A DNA stretch of 63,003 bases, counting the filler, from Sluysia triapertura (lineage: Eukaryota): NCBI GenBank assembly GCA_046118255.1. It is 5 parts of 5 records of this genome, joined end to end, with 100 filler letters (N's around TTAATTAATTAA, not from the genome) between each part and the next. Parts side by side here need not be neighbours in the genome. Positions count along the whole stretch, not along the records: positions 23,551 to 37,065 come from JBJNIA010035485.1; positions 37,166 to 51,656 come from JBJNIA010256963.1; 3 more parts are not named here. One strand, written 5' to 3'. The notes under the pieces were generated by a model that made no database searches, was not told the DNA's origin, and worked only from the letters and a program-made list of their open reading frames with translations. Positions within the stretch are counted from its first letter, which is position 1; each line of letters starts with the position of its first letter. A program made the translations under genes and the position numbers. Below, in pieces: positions 26,781-40,764 of the stretch.

Positions 26781-28018
26781 CTACCTTTGTGAAATGTTTG
26801 TTGGAGTTGAAGGTATACAGGAATTAGATGGTGGAACTATGGATTCATTGAGGACAGTAATCAATATTCATAAAACTAGTTCTATGGACGAACATCATGA
26901 TATTATTTAAATGTGTTTGGGCTTGTGTTTCCTGGGTATAGAAGTACCCAGTGACGTGATAAAGTGTCAAGTAAATGTGCTTGCCTTGGCTTTGTGTCAT
27001 TCGCATTGGGTCTAGAACACATAGGAGCCAAGGAATATAGGTCAGGGATGACGAACCTTTTATTGATGTCCGTGTCACAAAGTCAAAAAAATTCTTTTTT
27101 AAATAGGTAACGTGCCATGCGATATTTTAATAATAAATTTGACGGTTCTAGTTAACATACTAAAATAGGTATTCAATACTACAAATTTATATCATAAATT
27201 CTAAATTAAGTGTAGATTAATAATTTTTAATTCATTTCAAAAAAATAATTTGAAAAATAATTAATTTAAAAAACTAAAATCAAAAATAAAAATTTAGTTG
27301 TTATTCTAGGATTATTTTTCTGTTTTTTTCCTAGAAGTAATACAATGTTTCTCCAAAGTTATCAGAAATTAATCCTTTTGTGTCATCTCGGATAACTAAA
27401 TATTGAATTTAAAAAAGTATTTCTCATCATCTTTTAATCCTCGATAATGTTTAATTCTGGAATTATCCATTATAAAAATTGTATATTGTGCACATTTTTA
27501 ACGTACATGCTGATTTCATTTCTTTAATAGTTGTTTTTTAATCTTCTCCACTAACTTATTTATCAAATATTTTACGACAAACTATGCCGATATTTTTTCA
27601 ATTCAATATTTTGATTTTTCAAATATATTTATATATTACTTAATTGATTACAACGTTTGCGATATTCTGTCATAAATTATTTACTCATTTGAATATCTAT
27701 TTGAAGACAACTAACTTCATATTGATATAAATTCCAATAAAAAATGCGACTTTATTAATCTTACAATTAAAATTATTGACCTTGAGAGCAATGCGAGTTC
27801 AAAGTCATGCAGTAGCAAGAATAATGATTTCTTAAGTTCTCTTATAAAATTATTTATTGTTTATTAATTATCCTTTAATTATTCATTATAATATTACTGA
27901 AAAATAGAATAATATTGTATTAAACCCAACATTTTCAACATATATATATATATAAACGATCTGAATATGCTTTATAAATATATTATCATATCTTTGTGAA
28001 AATACTTTATAAACATAC

Positions 28019-28175
28019 TTGACATATATAATAAAGATACTGTAAAAATGGATTCTTCTTAAGCATTAAACCATGGTTAATATTTTCTGCTAAAAGAAAA
28101 CTTGTTATCAAGTGAACAAAATGACCACTCTCTCCACAATGAGGTCTTAAGGTTATTGGATGCAACCCACGAATT
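28019..28175 (-). CDS. AMPD: AMP deaminase internal exon
   Basis: [52 protein letters not shown] contains the AMPD LRPHCGE motif. Its phase-2 acceptor matches the previous exon. Not in the ORF track. Confidence 0.95.
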
Positions 28176-28879
28176 CTAAATATTTATTATTATCATTATT
28201 ATTATCATTATTTAGTTTTAAGAGTGTCATTTCAAATTTTATTATTTTACTATTTGAAGGTTCTTCTAGACTATGTTTTTAATAAGGTTAAACATGTAGA
28301 TATAAGTTTAAGGTACTTTGGTATAAATTTATTTATTTCCCTTAAACATTGAACATTTAATTTGAAAAAATAAACATAATAAAACATACTACTTTCAAAT
28401 CACGATCATCAGAAATGTCAAACAAATCAAAAACGCCAAGCAAGTTTTAATTGAGGACCGTCACCTCGTATCTTCTCTCAACAACTCACGCACTTGATTG
28501 ATCAATACATTACAGATATGTAAAGGCTTACAAATTCTAAAATCAATGTTTCAAAATTGATCATTAATGTAATTATCTGAACTTATTTGAAATGTATTTT
28601 CACTCAATTTTCAAGCATGTTACCTTCATTAACATTGTTGGCCCTAAAATGACAAATTTCATATTCAAGTGGAAATAATCCGCTGAAACATAAAACTCCT
28701 GGCAATGTCCTTCGGTGAAATTGATATTAGTACCAAATCTGTAAAAAACATAGATTTTAAGACTATGACGTAGGAAGTTCGTTGGGTTCTTCTTCCATTG
28801 AAATCAAAATATGCACAAAGGAACTCTGACGAACTTCTGATGCAGAAAAACATTGTAAGATTAAGTTTAACGTCTTCTG

Positions 28880-29160
28880 AAATCAAACCTTAATTCTGGA
28901 TGACAACTTCAACTCCAAGTATCTGATGTGCCAATCTTTATAGTCACTAAATAACATTAATTAAATACACCTTAAAATTTTGACTCTCCTTTTCTACCTT
29001 TATTAATCTCACATTCCTTTTCTCACTTTCTTCGTTAAGATGATAAATCCAGCTTTCATTATTAGTAATAATCCTTTCAAAACGATCTATCGATGAGGTC
29101 TTCCGTAAAATACTTTCAAATCTGTCATTGTCTTTGATTTTCATCTGAAACACACTGAAT
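28880..29160 (-). mobile_element. Mariner transposase remnant in an AMPD intron
   Basis: RIITNNESWIYH resembles mariner 'RIVTGDESWIYH'; heavily decayed. Confidence 0.5.
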
Positions 29161-29306
29161 GTGTCTTTATTTCCTTCTTATTTCTTTAATGTTTGTTAAA
29201 ACCCTTAACAAATGTTTATTTATATATTGTAAATACAGTAAACAATAATCTTATGTCAACTTTTGATTAATTTAGCTCAACCTTTCCTCCAAAATACTTT
29301 CGCAAT

Positions 29307-29332
29307 ACAACAACAACAACAACAACAACAAC

Positions 29333-29380
<48 letters not shown>

Positions 29381-29395
29381 TATAATAATAATAAT
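29307..29395. repeat. (CAA)n(TAA)n compound microsatellite
   Basis: Seen directly. Confidence 0.95.
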
Positions 29396-30099
29396 ATAAT
29401 TTAACTATTTTTATAAATTAAAATAATAATAATCGATAATCTCTTTTTAAATATAATAAATAGTGAGTCATCACACGACGAATTAATAATAAATTAAATA
29501 ATTGTTTTCGTTATTTATATTGCTAGTGTTTTTTCTTAGAATTAGCAAATAACTAATAATCCAGGTCCGCCAATGATATACGGTTTAAACCGATGTGACG
29601 TATTCTCGTAGGTATCACACTATTCTCTTTTACTGAAAAGAAATATAATTAATTAAGAAATATAATTGTAAATTCTTTCAAATTATCGAACCGTTATTAT
29701 AATTATCTGTGTTGTAAATTTAAATTTTGTATTCACTTTTCTTACCTATGCTCTCTCCCTTTAATAATGCTTCGAGGATTTTTTAACTCTTGGGAATCTT
29801 CTAAGGGCCTTACTTAATACATCAAGTAACTCAAATGAAATTACTAACATCCAAATTTTCTCTATTTTTACTTAATATGAATGATTCTTGTTAGTCCTCT
29901 CAAAACCTAAATTGTTCTTTAGACTCGATTATTTGTTGATGTAGGTTATATTATATTATTTCGAATCATTTGGTACTTATTCTTAAATAATTCCGAGACC
30001 TCAAAATGTTTGATCTGCTTCCTTAATTCAGTTGAACTTTAAACTATCTCCAATTATGAATTGGATCATTAAAAAATAATATTTTTCATAAATACTAAC

Positions 30100-30350
30100 T
30101 TTCTTAATTGATTAAGTGGCACCAGATTGGCATATATGTAAAATATGTAATAATCATAAGGAGGATTTTCTTTATTGTCCCACTTGTCAGGTGTTGGAAT
30201 CGACTTGTACATGGGACCGGAATCAATTTTCGATTCATCATCGACCGAATCCATTCCAACAACGTGCTGAAGAAATTCATCTAATTCTGGATACTTTGTC
30301 GGATACAGGGTTACCAAAAACAAAGGTCGGAAAATATTATCCAGAAATTC
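30100..30350 (-). CDS. AMPD: AMP deaminase internal exon
   Basis: EFLDNIFRPLF..VVGMDSVDDESK..NPPYDYYIFYIYANL..LNQLR. Confidence 0.95.
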
Positions 30351-30401
30351 CTTTGATTAAATGATAGATTATCTCTACATTTGATAAAATTATTCATAAT
30401 A

Positions 30402-31049
30402 CAGTAATCCCCCTATAACACGGCAGATTTGTTCAGAGATATAGGAAAACGCATTGTAGGGGTATTCTCGTATAACGTGCTCGTATGACCCCGTTATACA
30501 TGATACACGTTTAACTTTTCTCGTTAAAGGGGGTTTAAATCGAATATTAAGGAAAAACAATGTTATGAACGAAATATGAGCGTTTTATTAAAATCAAACT
30601 AAGAATATTTTAAATAAAAAACGAATACATATCTAACTAAAACACAGTTAATTGTAAATAAATTACATTTCACTATTTGAATTTTTGTTATTTTCTTTAC
30701 TTAAGAGCACATATTCTTGCTCGACTGTATTAATTAAAATTTCACTATCCAACGATTCTTCGTTTTCTATTTTATGTTTTTTCTGCATTTTTACATATGG
30801 TGCAAGACAGTATTGAAAATTTATTTTAAATTCAGCAGATCGTTCCAATGAAGAATCACAATTCGTAACAAGTATTTCCAATTGTTTTCCCAGTTTTACT
30901 ATTTTATTCAGTTTTCGTCAATAAATAGTTTTTTTCAGCACTATTTATAATATTTACGCAGGTACCCGCATTATATGGGGGAACCCACATTTTATACGAG
31001 GTAAATGAAATCGCGTTATAAGAGTACCGGGTTATAGGGGGGATTACTG
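30402..31049. mobile_element. pogo/Tigger-type non-autonomous element (MITE) in an AMPD intron
   Basis: TA-flanked TIRs CAGTAATCCCCCTATAAC / GTTATAGGGGGGATTACTG. Confidence 0.85.
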
Positions 31050-31444
31050 TATTGTATAAACTATTTCGTGTGTATTAACGTCGTTTATTAATTGGTTTAA
31101 ATTTTTAAATTTTAATAATTTATTACTGAAGAATTAAATTGCAATGAAAATTACTTATATTACTTATATATATTGAATTTTTTGATTAGAAGGTCTTAAA
31201 ATGTTCACTTTGTATGTTTGTGAAGACATCAACTACTCGCTAATTGTTTACCAGAAGATAGGTTGGAATCATCTGAGGCAACTTTACAAAAATCTACAAT
31301 ATCCACACTAGTTTAATGCAGTACTTTATGAAAGGTTGCTGATTTTAGTTATTCGATGAAGTTGAAAAGCTTGTCGAGAAGTTTTCGATTCAAAGTCGAA
31401 GTGATACCTTCACCAAATCCCAAAACTTACAGGACAATGACAAT

Positions 31445-31601
31445 CAGTGGTGGAACAAAAGGGCGGCAGGGAGTGGCAGCGTTATGGGGTCATAAAATTG
31501 CTTCTAGAAAAATAGAAAACGAAATAAATGTCTAGTCATTGTATAGTGCGTTTTGACCATTGGGATTACTCTCCCTGGGACACAACCTCGGCACAACACT
31601 G
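31445..31601. mobile_element. hAT-type MITE, copy 1
   Basis: Ends CAGTG..CACTG; 8-bp TSD ATGACAAT/ATGACAGT; the core AAAATTGCTTCTAGAAAAATAGAAAA is shared with 53612-53804. Confidence 0.8.
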
Positions 31602-31866
31602 ATGACAGTCTTTATTTTGAATAAATTTTTGCATAAAGCATCACCATTTTAACCAATTATTGATATATTTGTTGCATTTCCAAAGAATATATTTTATGCT
31701 ACTTTCAAATAACTTGTATTATGAGATAGATAAATAAATATTAAGTAATCTAACGTTACGATTTTAAATATTTAATATTTTGAAACACTTATTAACAAAT
31801 GAATAAAACAAACCGCAATAAATCTTCGTAATTCATATTTAGAAAGTTTAAAATTGAAAGTAGAAC

Positions 31867-32070
31867 CTGAAAATTTTGAATAATATTTTGCGATCTGAAC
31901 ACATTATACAATCTTGGAATTTGAATAATCCACACATTGTGATTAGAATGTACATCGTGTTTTTTGACCCATTTGGCCAACAATTCCCATTCATTAATAT
32001 CATTGCCATAAATAGACAATCGTAATTCGGTGTACTGATATTTATTTTCTTCTAAATCACTAAATACTTC
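31867..32070 (-). CDS. AMPD: AMP deaminase internal exon
   Basis: EVFSDLEENKYQYTELRLSIYG..EWELLAKW..WIIQIPRLYNVF; cag| acceptor and |gt donor, 204 nt. Confidence 0.95.
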
Positions 32071-33975
32071 CTGAAAATTAAAAATTAAAAACATCAATCA
32101 TTTTACATCTATTTTTCTAGATCAGATTGACTTTTATTTTGTGCTCAACTAAACATCGCTTGTTTTTGAAATAAAATTAATTTTAATTTTAATTTGTACC
32201 ACAATAACAATGTAATATATAATAGTTCAAGTTAAAATAAGCGTGCTTCTAAAAGCCATGAGAGTTTGCACTTCAAATTTTACTATTAAATTTATTGATC
32301 AACATAATTTATGTGTATAAACATTTGATGAATTTACTTCCAGCAATTTTCCACTCTGAGCTTTATTAAATTCACAATCTAGATCCAAAAACTATTCTTC
32401 GGAATCTTCATAAATTATAGATTCATTTAACTTCTCCATTACCACCGCAATGGCTTCTGCTTCATAATTATAACATTCCTATTTTATATACATATCGTTT
32501 ATCCATTTGAAGATAAGACATCTCTTATCGTTATCAGAACAGTAATATATTCATTCAAACTTTGTTAACTAGTAATAGATATTTCTCCAATGCATTTTAA
32601 TAATTACTCTGATAATAATATCACAAATTTTACTGACAAATTGATAATTACGAATTGATCCAGATATTGGACATAGTAAAGTTACTCATCTTTTTAAATA
32701 TGAAAATATTATTGTAAAATTCAAGCATCAAAAATGACCTTTAAAGTCAATAAACTTTTTTGAAAATAAAATAATTATAATTACAATAATAATAATAATG
32801 TTAAGATATTATTTTTTCTTATAAACAATTATAAAATCACGCAGGTTCGTCTGTAGTCTACGATTTGTAACATGTGGTGGACGTTGCTACAGAAATTGAC
32901 AATCAAAGTTCCCTTAACGATATAACGATTTTCCCTAAGAATCAATATATATTGTTTTTCTTATATGGCGCAGAATTCTATTGTAAGTACACTTCTATAA
33001 TGACTAAGATCTTTTAACTTGAAAATTAAATATTTATAACAATTATACTATTATATATTGATTTTACATATTGACTTTAGATTCTATTATTCCTACTAAA
33101 GACTTCTTATAATACTTTTCTTATCTCAATTAGAACTTCTTATATAATTAACTTAAAAATTACTTTCAATTATATTTATTACTTTAATCAAAGTTCTTGA
33201 AAACATTAATATTTTAATGATAATAATAACAAATTTCAACTAGTTTTAAATCTATTCACAATATACAACATAAATAAGATATTTACGATTTAAAGAATTA
33301 CTTCTTTATTGATATCAAATTATTTTAGCAGTAAGTTAATCCAGGTATAATACTTGGATTTAAAATATTCGGATTTTGAGTCAGATTTTGACGCTGTCTA
33401 TTGAAGCGTAATCTTAGTAATTATTAGTTTACTTTAATCTCACAAAAATTATATAAAATTGGATATTTGTGGTGAATCCTTGTATAATGTTCCTTTCGAA
33501 TAGTTTCCAAGTTAATATTGTCCAATGTTTTTTGAAATGCAGATCGCACGATGTGGCACCAATATAATTAAAAAGTCACGGAGTGAATACAGTAATTTCC
33601 AATAATACAACCTCTTCCAATAGCGAAAAACTTAATTTAACTCTTGAAGTCTTAGATCTTTTTTGGCTTTCTTTTATAGGCACAGTTATCGAATTAAATT
33701 TAAATTATAAAATTTTGATTATAAATTCGTAATTATTTTTAAGTAATAAAATAATCATAATATAAACAAAAATCAATAAAATTGTCCGATAAAATAATCA
33801 TAGAATTCATAAATATTTGTTATAAAATAAATATAAAGTCAAATTTTTTGATTTATGATTTTCGGTAAATACAAACATTTTTAATATTAATTTAATTTAA
33901 TATATATTATAATTGTTATAAACTGAATTTTTACAAAACTAAATTTTTAATACATATATCATTTGCATTAACATA

Positions 33976-34134
33976 NNNNNNNNNNNNNNNNNNNNNNNNN
34001 NNNNNNNNNNNNNNNNNNNNNNNNNNNNNNNNNNNNNNNNNNNNNNNNNNNNNNNNNNNNNNNNNNNNNNNNNNNNNNNNNNNNNNNNNNNNNNNNNNNN
34101 NNNNNNNNNNNNNNNNNNNNNNNNNNNNNNNNNN
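33976..34134. other. Scaffold gap (159 N, no linker)
   Basis: Run of N. Confidence 0.99.
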
Positions 34135-34859
34135 TCACTTATTCTTTAAACAATAATCAATTGTTTCTTCAAATTTTAATATAAACTAGAAACTTAATTT
34201 ATTAATATGAATTGTAAAATACATGCTATCTGTTATTTTATTTTCAAGCTTATTGAAAGAAAAAATTGCTTTCTTTTAAATCTTGTGCGTCATGTTGTTT
34301 CAATGAATTTGTCTCATGATTAAATGATTAATGATGAAGATTATTTTTGTATGCATTTGATAGTATTAATTACTGTTCTGAAATTAATCGTGTACCAGTT
34401 TGATATCTGACCAATGATAATATGAAATAAATTCGAAATTACATTAAGATTCTTTCCAGAAAATAATTAATATTTTAAAAACAAAAATCATTTAAAATGT
34501 GTGATTTCATTTAGAATATGTGTAATATATTTATTTTTAAAATTATAAAAATATTAAACAGAAGTTATTCAAATATGAAAGTTAACATTTTACATTCCTT
34601 TGTAATTAAAACATAAAAAACTGATTAATATTTACCAAAAAACAAACATTTTCAGCATTTACTTAGATTCATTCAAATGTCCATTTAAGTAAAATAAACA
34701 GTTAAATATTCAACACTAATTATAACAAAATAATAATTAAAGATGTAGCTCAATATTTTCATATGACACAACAAAATTAAATAAATAAATCAATAAACCA
34801 AAGGCAATAAAAAACAAATTTCATAAAATTTGCCAATAGTAATGTAATGCTAATACTGA

Positions 34860-34860
<1 letters not shown>

Positions 34861-34923
<63 letters not shown>
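34861..34923. repeat. (AAT)n microsatellite
   Basis: Seen directly. Confidence 0.95.
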
Positions 34924-34928
<5 letters not shown>

Positions 34929-34935
34929 CACAAAC

Positions 34936-35040
34936 CTTGCAAATAAGGTAAGTCTCTTTCATTTGAAGAAGTCAATATAAATACATTCTCGGATTTATCG
35001 GTAGATGACCATGAATTAAGTGGACAAGTTATTGAAACAT
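34936..35040 (-). CDS. Candidate exon of an unidentified gene
   Basis: 105-nt open segment between tgcag| and |gtttg reading VSITCPLNSWSSTDKSENVFILTSSNERDLPYLQ. Phase-compatible with candidate exons 35331-35386 and 35412-35448. Confidence 0.4.
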
Positions 35041-36988
35041 CTGCAATAATAATAATAGTAATAATAATAATAATAGTAAAAATAATAATAAGATTGTACT
35101 ATTTTTTTTTGAAAATTGTTACATATTAAAAATAATACAAAATTAACATTTTTAAAATGACTCATTATTTAATAATAAAAAAGTTTGTAATAATTATTTT
35201 ATTAATCAACACAATATAAACAAATTCATTAATTAAAATGGCATTTTACAGAAACAACAAATTAAATACTATATAATTTTTAATAAAAATTTTGTTTTTA
35301 AATATGTTCTTATAAATTCGAGATGTTTACTTTGAAAAAATGCGAAGGAAAATGGTCGTTTGTATAAAATGGCTTCATTTGCATATCTAATGCTATATTA
35401 GATTTCTTAACCTTCCATCTACCAAAAAATTATGCTTGCAATGCATACCTATAAAATAACAAATTTAATTTTTTCATTTTTAAAATAAACATATTAGTCT
35501 ACTGTATACAAAGCCAGAGAGTCAAAACAAATAACATATTACTAGAAAATAACTTGTTAGACTCGAATAGTAGGTTAATTATATAAATTTCAAAGTAAAA
35601 AATTTAAATAATTCAAATTAATTAAGAAAAACACAATTTCAGTTCTCAACACAAGAGTTAAAAATTGAATGTTGCAAATTGAAACAAAGGACAGAGCATT
35701 CATCATAATAGAAATTGGTAGAAATAGCAGGCAGACATTTGTTAACAAATGAGAATATAAGAACAATTTATATTTAAGAACCACAATGCGAAAAAAGATT
35801 TAATTCAACATGTAATTATTAATGCTGGAATCGAAACAAATATTGTTGCTAAATGTTATAAATGAGGAATTATAATTATAACTCGAAATATAACTCGAAC
35901 CTACTTAAAATATAATCTTTTTTGCTAAGTAAGGTTGCAGTTAAGAGAAATTCCAACACTAAATTGAAAACATTAATTAACAATTGTAATTATTGGCGAT
36001 GATCAAAAAAACAATAAATATACATATAAAAATAGAAAATAAAAAATATATTTACAATATACTGCTATTATTATTATTATTACTATTATTATTAAATACT
36101 CTATCAATAATAGATAATTCCCAGTTCTTGAAAGGAAATTATTTCTCTGGCACCAAAGCTATTTATTGACAATATGTTATGATTTACTTACACATATGTA
36201 TTTATAATTAATAGTCTCATCATTGGTGTCGCCAAATTTATAACATAGACGAATATATGTTCCGTTGAAAGAATAGAAATTATTTTCTGTCAGACATTTG
36301 TCGTTGAAATAAATGTGTTTGGAAAAGAAAAAACTGATAGAGAAAAAAGACGACATAAAGAAATTAAAAAAGACAGTAATAAAGTGATGATGATGATGAT
36401 GATCTAATAAAATTAAATACTCAGTAGGAGATAATGTAAATATGTGTATTATTATGAGAACATGATAAATTAAATTATAATCGCACATAGACAACAAATG
36501 ATTCGTATTAGAGTGAGCCATTAATTTATAATTATATTATTACTGATTATAAGAATCAATTAATAAAAAATATTTCAATTCTCAATCGTTAATCAATAAG
36601 AAGTCTTATACTTAGTTAAAAGAATAAAAAATTATTCGATTCTTATACAAAACACAGTCGAATAAAAAATATTATTTCATCGTTAAACGACTTATTTAAA
36701 ATTTCCGTATTATTTCCGGATCCATTAAAATGATACGGAAAAATTAGATAAGTAAATATTGTTAATACTTATCCATATGACTGAAACAAAAAGTATTCTT
36801 TATGTATAAATCACATAATATCTGATGGACATTAGGATAAGATATTTTCATATTAACAATATTTACCGTCATCAGTACAATGAAAAATTAAATTTTTACA
36901 TTTTCAAGTATTATTATATAAGAAAATTTTAACGAATAACGAATTTATGATGTCTTAAAACTGCTTATAAATAAATATTATAATATGC

Positions 36989-36990
<2 letters not shown>

Positions 36991-37056
<66 letters not shown>
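36991..37056. repeat. (AAT)n microsatellite at a contig end
   Basis: Seen directly. Confidence 0.95.
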
Positions 37057-37058
<2 letters not shown>

Positions 37059-37065
37059 TAAAAAT

Positions 37066-37165
37066 NNNNNNNNNNNNNNNNNNNNNNNNNNNNNNNNNNN
37101 NNNNNNNNNTTAATTAATTAANNNNNNNNNNNNNNNNNNNNNNNNNNNNNNNNNNNNNNNNNNNN
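37066..37165. other. Artificial contig spacer
   Basis: N44-TTAATTAATTAA-N44 linker. Confidence 0.99.
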
Positions 37166-39438
37166 TACACCCCATGATCTTCTATAAATATATAATTCCT
37201 ATAAATAATACACTGCTTGTAAATTATTAATATAATAAACTATCGATTTTGATTTTAAATAGCATTTAACATTGTGGTAAAAACTGGACAATTAGTAAGT
37301 ATTAAATTATTTCAAATCATTTTAGAATATAGTTATTTTAAATGAAAATAATTAGTTAAAAATAATTTAAAAGAATTTTTTTGGGATTATAAAATAAATA
37401 TATTTTGTTTTAAAAATCTTTTATTGACCTTCAAGGTTATATTTTTACCATTTTAAAAATTAAATTAACAGTTTTAAGAACTCTTGTTACTTGTTTCAAA
37501 TTCTACCAGAAGAAGAAGACAATTACTCTCTATTTTATTAATTCTTTAGCCGTCAGCTCAATTTCTATAAGTTGTTTTATCAATTTTTAATATTGCACGT
37601 TATAAAATCTCACTTAAAATATTTCTTAAACGTTCATAGCTACCATTTAAATAAAGTAGGTGAGTAAAATATTCAAAAATTTATATCAAGATTATAATTA
37701 TTAATAATCTGTATAAATTATTATCATTATCCTGTATTGTGTTTTCATTTTATTTAACTGTTATACCAATATAATTTCCAGATATTTCAAAATCTTGTAA
37801 ATTCATCTGTAATTAGTTTAAAGTTACTTGTGGCTCATTTTTACGAACCAAATTAAAATCTCTTTTCAAGTTTTGGTTCATTTTACGAATGAAATTAAAA
37901 TCTTGATTCAGGTTAAAGTCATTTTAAAAATCATTCAGATTAAATCTGATTGGAAAATTATCGAGAAAGTATTTAATTCGGAAATAAATTAACCTCTTGA
38001 AGAATTAAGATTTTAAAATCCAACGGCTAGCCCTAACCAGTCACAATCTTTATTCTTAAGATAATAAAGAGAAAATCTTGCAATATTATTGTAATTGATA
38101 ATTGTGCTATATAGAATACACTTACTGTTAAATCTTATTTTGATTTTCAGTGTTCTGAATTTAAATTTTGTAAAGAGTTAATTTAATTTATTTAAAATAC
38201 GCATTTTTTTATAATTTTTGTTTGATTTAATTGTAAATTCTTATTTTTTTGGAGTTTAGCATGGAACTTAATGTGGTTCTTATTATTTATTCTTTTTTAA
38301 CTAAGCGTAAACCTGATTTTCTTTTATTTTGAGCTGCTGTGGGTTATTATTGTTATTGTGTTATTAGTGTTCTATAAATTGAATTGTTAATTAATTGATA
38401 TTTGATTTTGTAATTTAATATTTCTTGGTTACGGTATTTATTTTGAATATTTGATTTTTATTCGAGACAATTTATATTTTATATTTGTACAGGTAATTTA
38501 TATTTGTTGTAGTAATTGTTAAATTTTAATATTAGTGTCACAGTAAATACAATTGAAGTTGAATTTTATTTTGATGTACTAAATTAATTTAAAAATAAAG
38601 TTAAAATAGAATAATTAAAATTATCACATCATTATAAAACCAGTCACTGACAATTATTATTTATTATATTTGCTAACTCGTCATAGATTATTTTTGAATG
38701 TGCAGATACTACATTTCTAAAGCAGACCGTTATTTAAATTTTTTTTTCCTAATTAATTTCGTAGAATTTCATACTGACCGTTTTAAAGGCATTATCAGTT
38801 AAACGTGTATTTACCTAAAAAATGTCAACTTATTCCTAATTGAAACTCAAAAATAAATACAGATACGCCATTTTTTCTTTCAAAAATACAATCGAACATT
38901 TCTTACAATTATTATCAAAACTTTTACATTATATCTTACAGAAAATTATCCAGTCAACATCATCAATTAGCATCAGACAGTTGTATTGATATGTATTACT
39001 TGTAATCTAAATTTTGTTTAGTTAAACTATCGCTGAATGTGTTAATTAATTATTATTTATTGTTTATGAATAAAAGTATTTTACATATTTTTTTAATCAT
39101 TGATCAACTCATTTCGAAATCAAACTTAAATTATATATTTTTAATTATATTTTTTCAACCAGTCTAAGTTTTGATAATTAATATATACGGAACAAACTTC
39201 ACATTATAATTTTATTAAATAATTTTTTAATTTAATTATATTTTATTGCATTAAAAATAAGTTATTTTTTAGTTTAATTGAATTTATTTTAACTATAACA
39301 ACGAAATATTTGTTTCAATCAATTAATAATTATAATATGTTGTGTAGTTATATTTTTATTCTGTTATCGTGAAATAGAAACTAGTGAATATATTTAATTT
39401 TTGTTATAATATCTATAAATATTTATTCTAAAACTAAA

Positions 39439-39531
39439 ATGAATTCCAACGAGGAAATATTAATGGATAAGACGTGGAAGAACAATGATAGTTTAGTAAA
39501 TCGAAATTTTAAAAGGAAGCGTTATACTAAG
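39439..39531 (+). CDS. EIF4ENIF1: eIF4E transporter (4E-T) exon 1
   Basis: ATG at 39439 runs to ..RKRYTK|gt. A 33-nt intron (39532-39564) joins it to WKLLEL, giving the YxxxxLL eIF4E-binding motif. Confidence 0.85.
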
Positions 39532-39564
39532 GTAATAGTTTGCCGAATTTTTATGCTTATTTAG

Positions 39565-40212
39565 TGGAAATTGTTAGAATTGCGTAAAAATAAAAAATGT
39601 CAAGAGTGGCCTAAAGTTTTAAATAAACGGTTTATTGGAGTTGATGGAAAATGGGATCCCGTTGGAGCTTTTGAAAGTAGTAGTGGTAGTAGTAATTCAG
39701 GTCAATATACTCCAAGAACATATAGTAGAGATGAACGTACTAGGGATGATTATAAATATTATTACAGTGACAATTCTAAGAGATATAATTCATATTCATC
39801 AAATCATTCTTATTATTTTTCCAATTCGAAAATGCGCTATGATTATGGTGACGAAGAAGTAATTTATGAAGCGAATCGTAAACGGTTATCGCCAACAGAT
39901 TATTATTCATCTTATTATTCTGGTGGTAATAGTGGTGGAAATAAATCAAGAGGACTTGATAAAGACACTAACTTAACAACTATGTCGGAAAAACCAGAAT
40001 GGTTTACTGGTGGTCCAAGCAACATAAACGAAACAATTGAATTATCTGGTATGTCTCGTGAATTGGAAGCCGGCATTTTGAAAAGTCGTGCTAATAAATC
40101 ATTAAGGTACACCAGCAGCACCAGTACAAATAATGAAGATGAGTTTGGTAATCCAAAACAAACGGAACAAGATACGAATTTTGCCGATTTTAAAAGTGAT
40201 TTTGTATTTTGA
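39565..40212 (+). CDS. EIF4ENIF1: 4E-T exon 2 (3' boundary uncertain; probably splices near 40196-40203)
   Basis: DGKWDP resembles 4E-T 'DGVWDP'. EKPEWFTGGPSNINETIELSGM resembles the Cup-homology domain 'EEPEWFSAGPTSQSETIELTGF'. Confidence 0.88.
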   Translation, partial: WKLLELRKNKKCQEWPKVLNKRFIGVDGKWDPVGAFESSSGSSNSGQYTPRTYSRDERTRDDYKYYYSDNSKRYNSYSSNHSYYFSNSKMRYDYGDEEVIYEANRKRLSPTDYYSSYYSGGNSGGNKSRGLDKDTNLTTMSEKPEWFTGGPSNINETIELSGMSRELEAGILKSRANKSLRYTSSTSTNNEDEFGNPKQTEQDTNFADFKSDFVF

Positions 40213-40764
40213 ATTTTTTTTAATTAAACATTTAACTGCATTAAACTTAAGGTATATTTAATTAGTACTATTAAACAATTTTTTTAAACTTTCTGGATAA
40301 TTATATTAAAATTAGAAAATACTTTTTTTTTATAATTTATTAGGGTTTGTTGAATTTGCCTAATGTTTATTAAAGTTTTAATGAAGTAGGACCAATTTGT
40401 TTCATTTTAGTGAAATATATTCACAAAATAATAAATATGAAATATCAATTGTAAATAATTTAGAATGTTATTTCTGAGGTTTCTTTAATTAATATATAAC
40501 TTCAGTTTATTTTATTTTGGTCACAATTAAAAAATTATGTTCTATTTATACTTTGTATCCATTTTAACGTTTTGTGGGTCTTTGGTTTTGTTTTCCTGTT
40601 TTTATTTCTGAAACCTTATACATTTTGACGTTATTTGCCTTTGATTTGTCTAAAAATACTACATGGAAGTGATATTATTAAGTGTTTGAATCCATTTGAC
40701 CACTTCCACTCGAAGAATTAAACTACAAAAATCAGTATAACATCTAAAAATGCGTATTGTTTAA

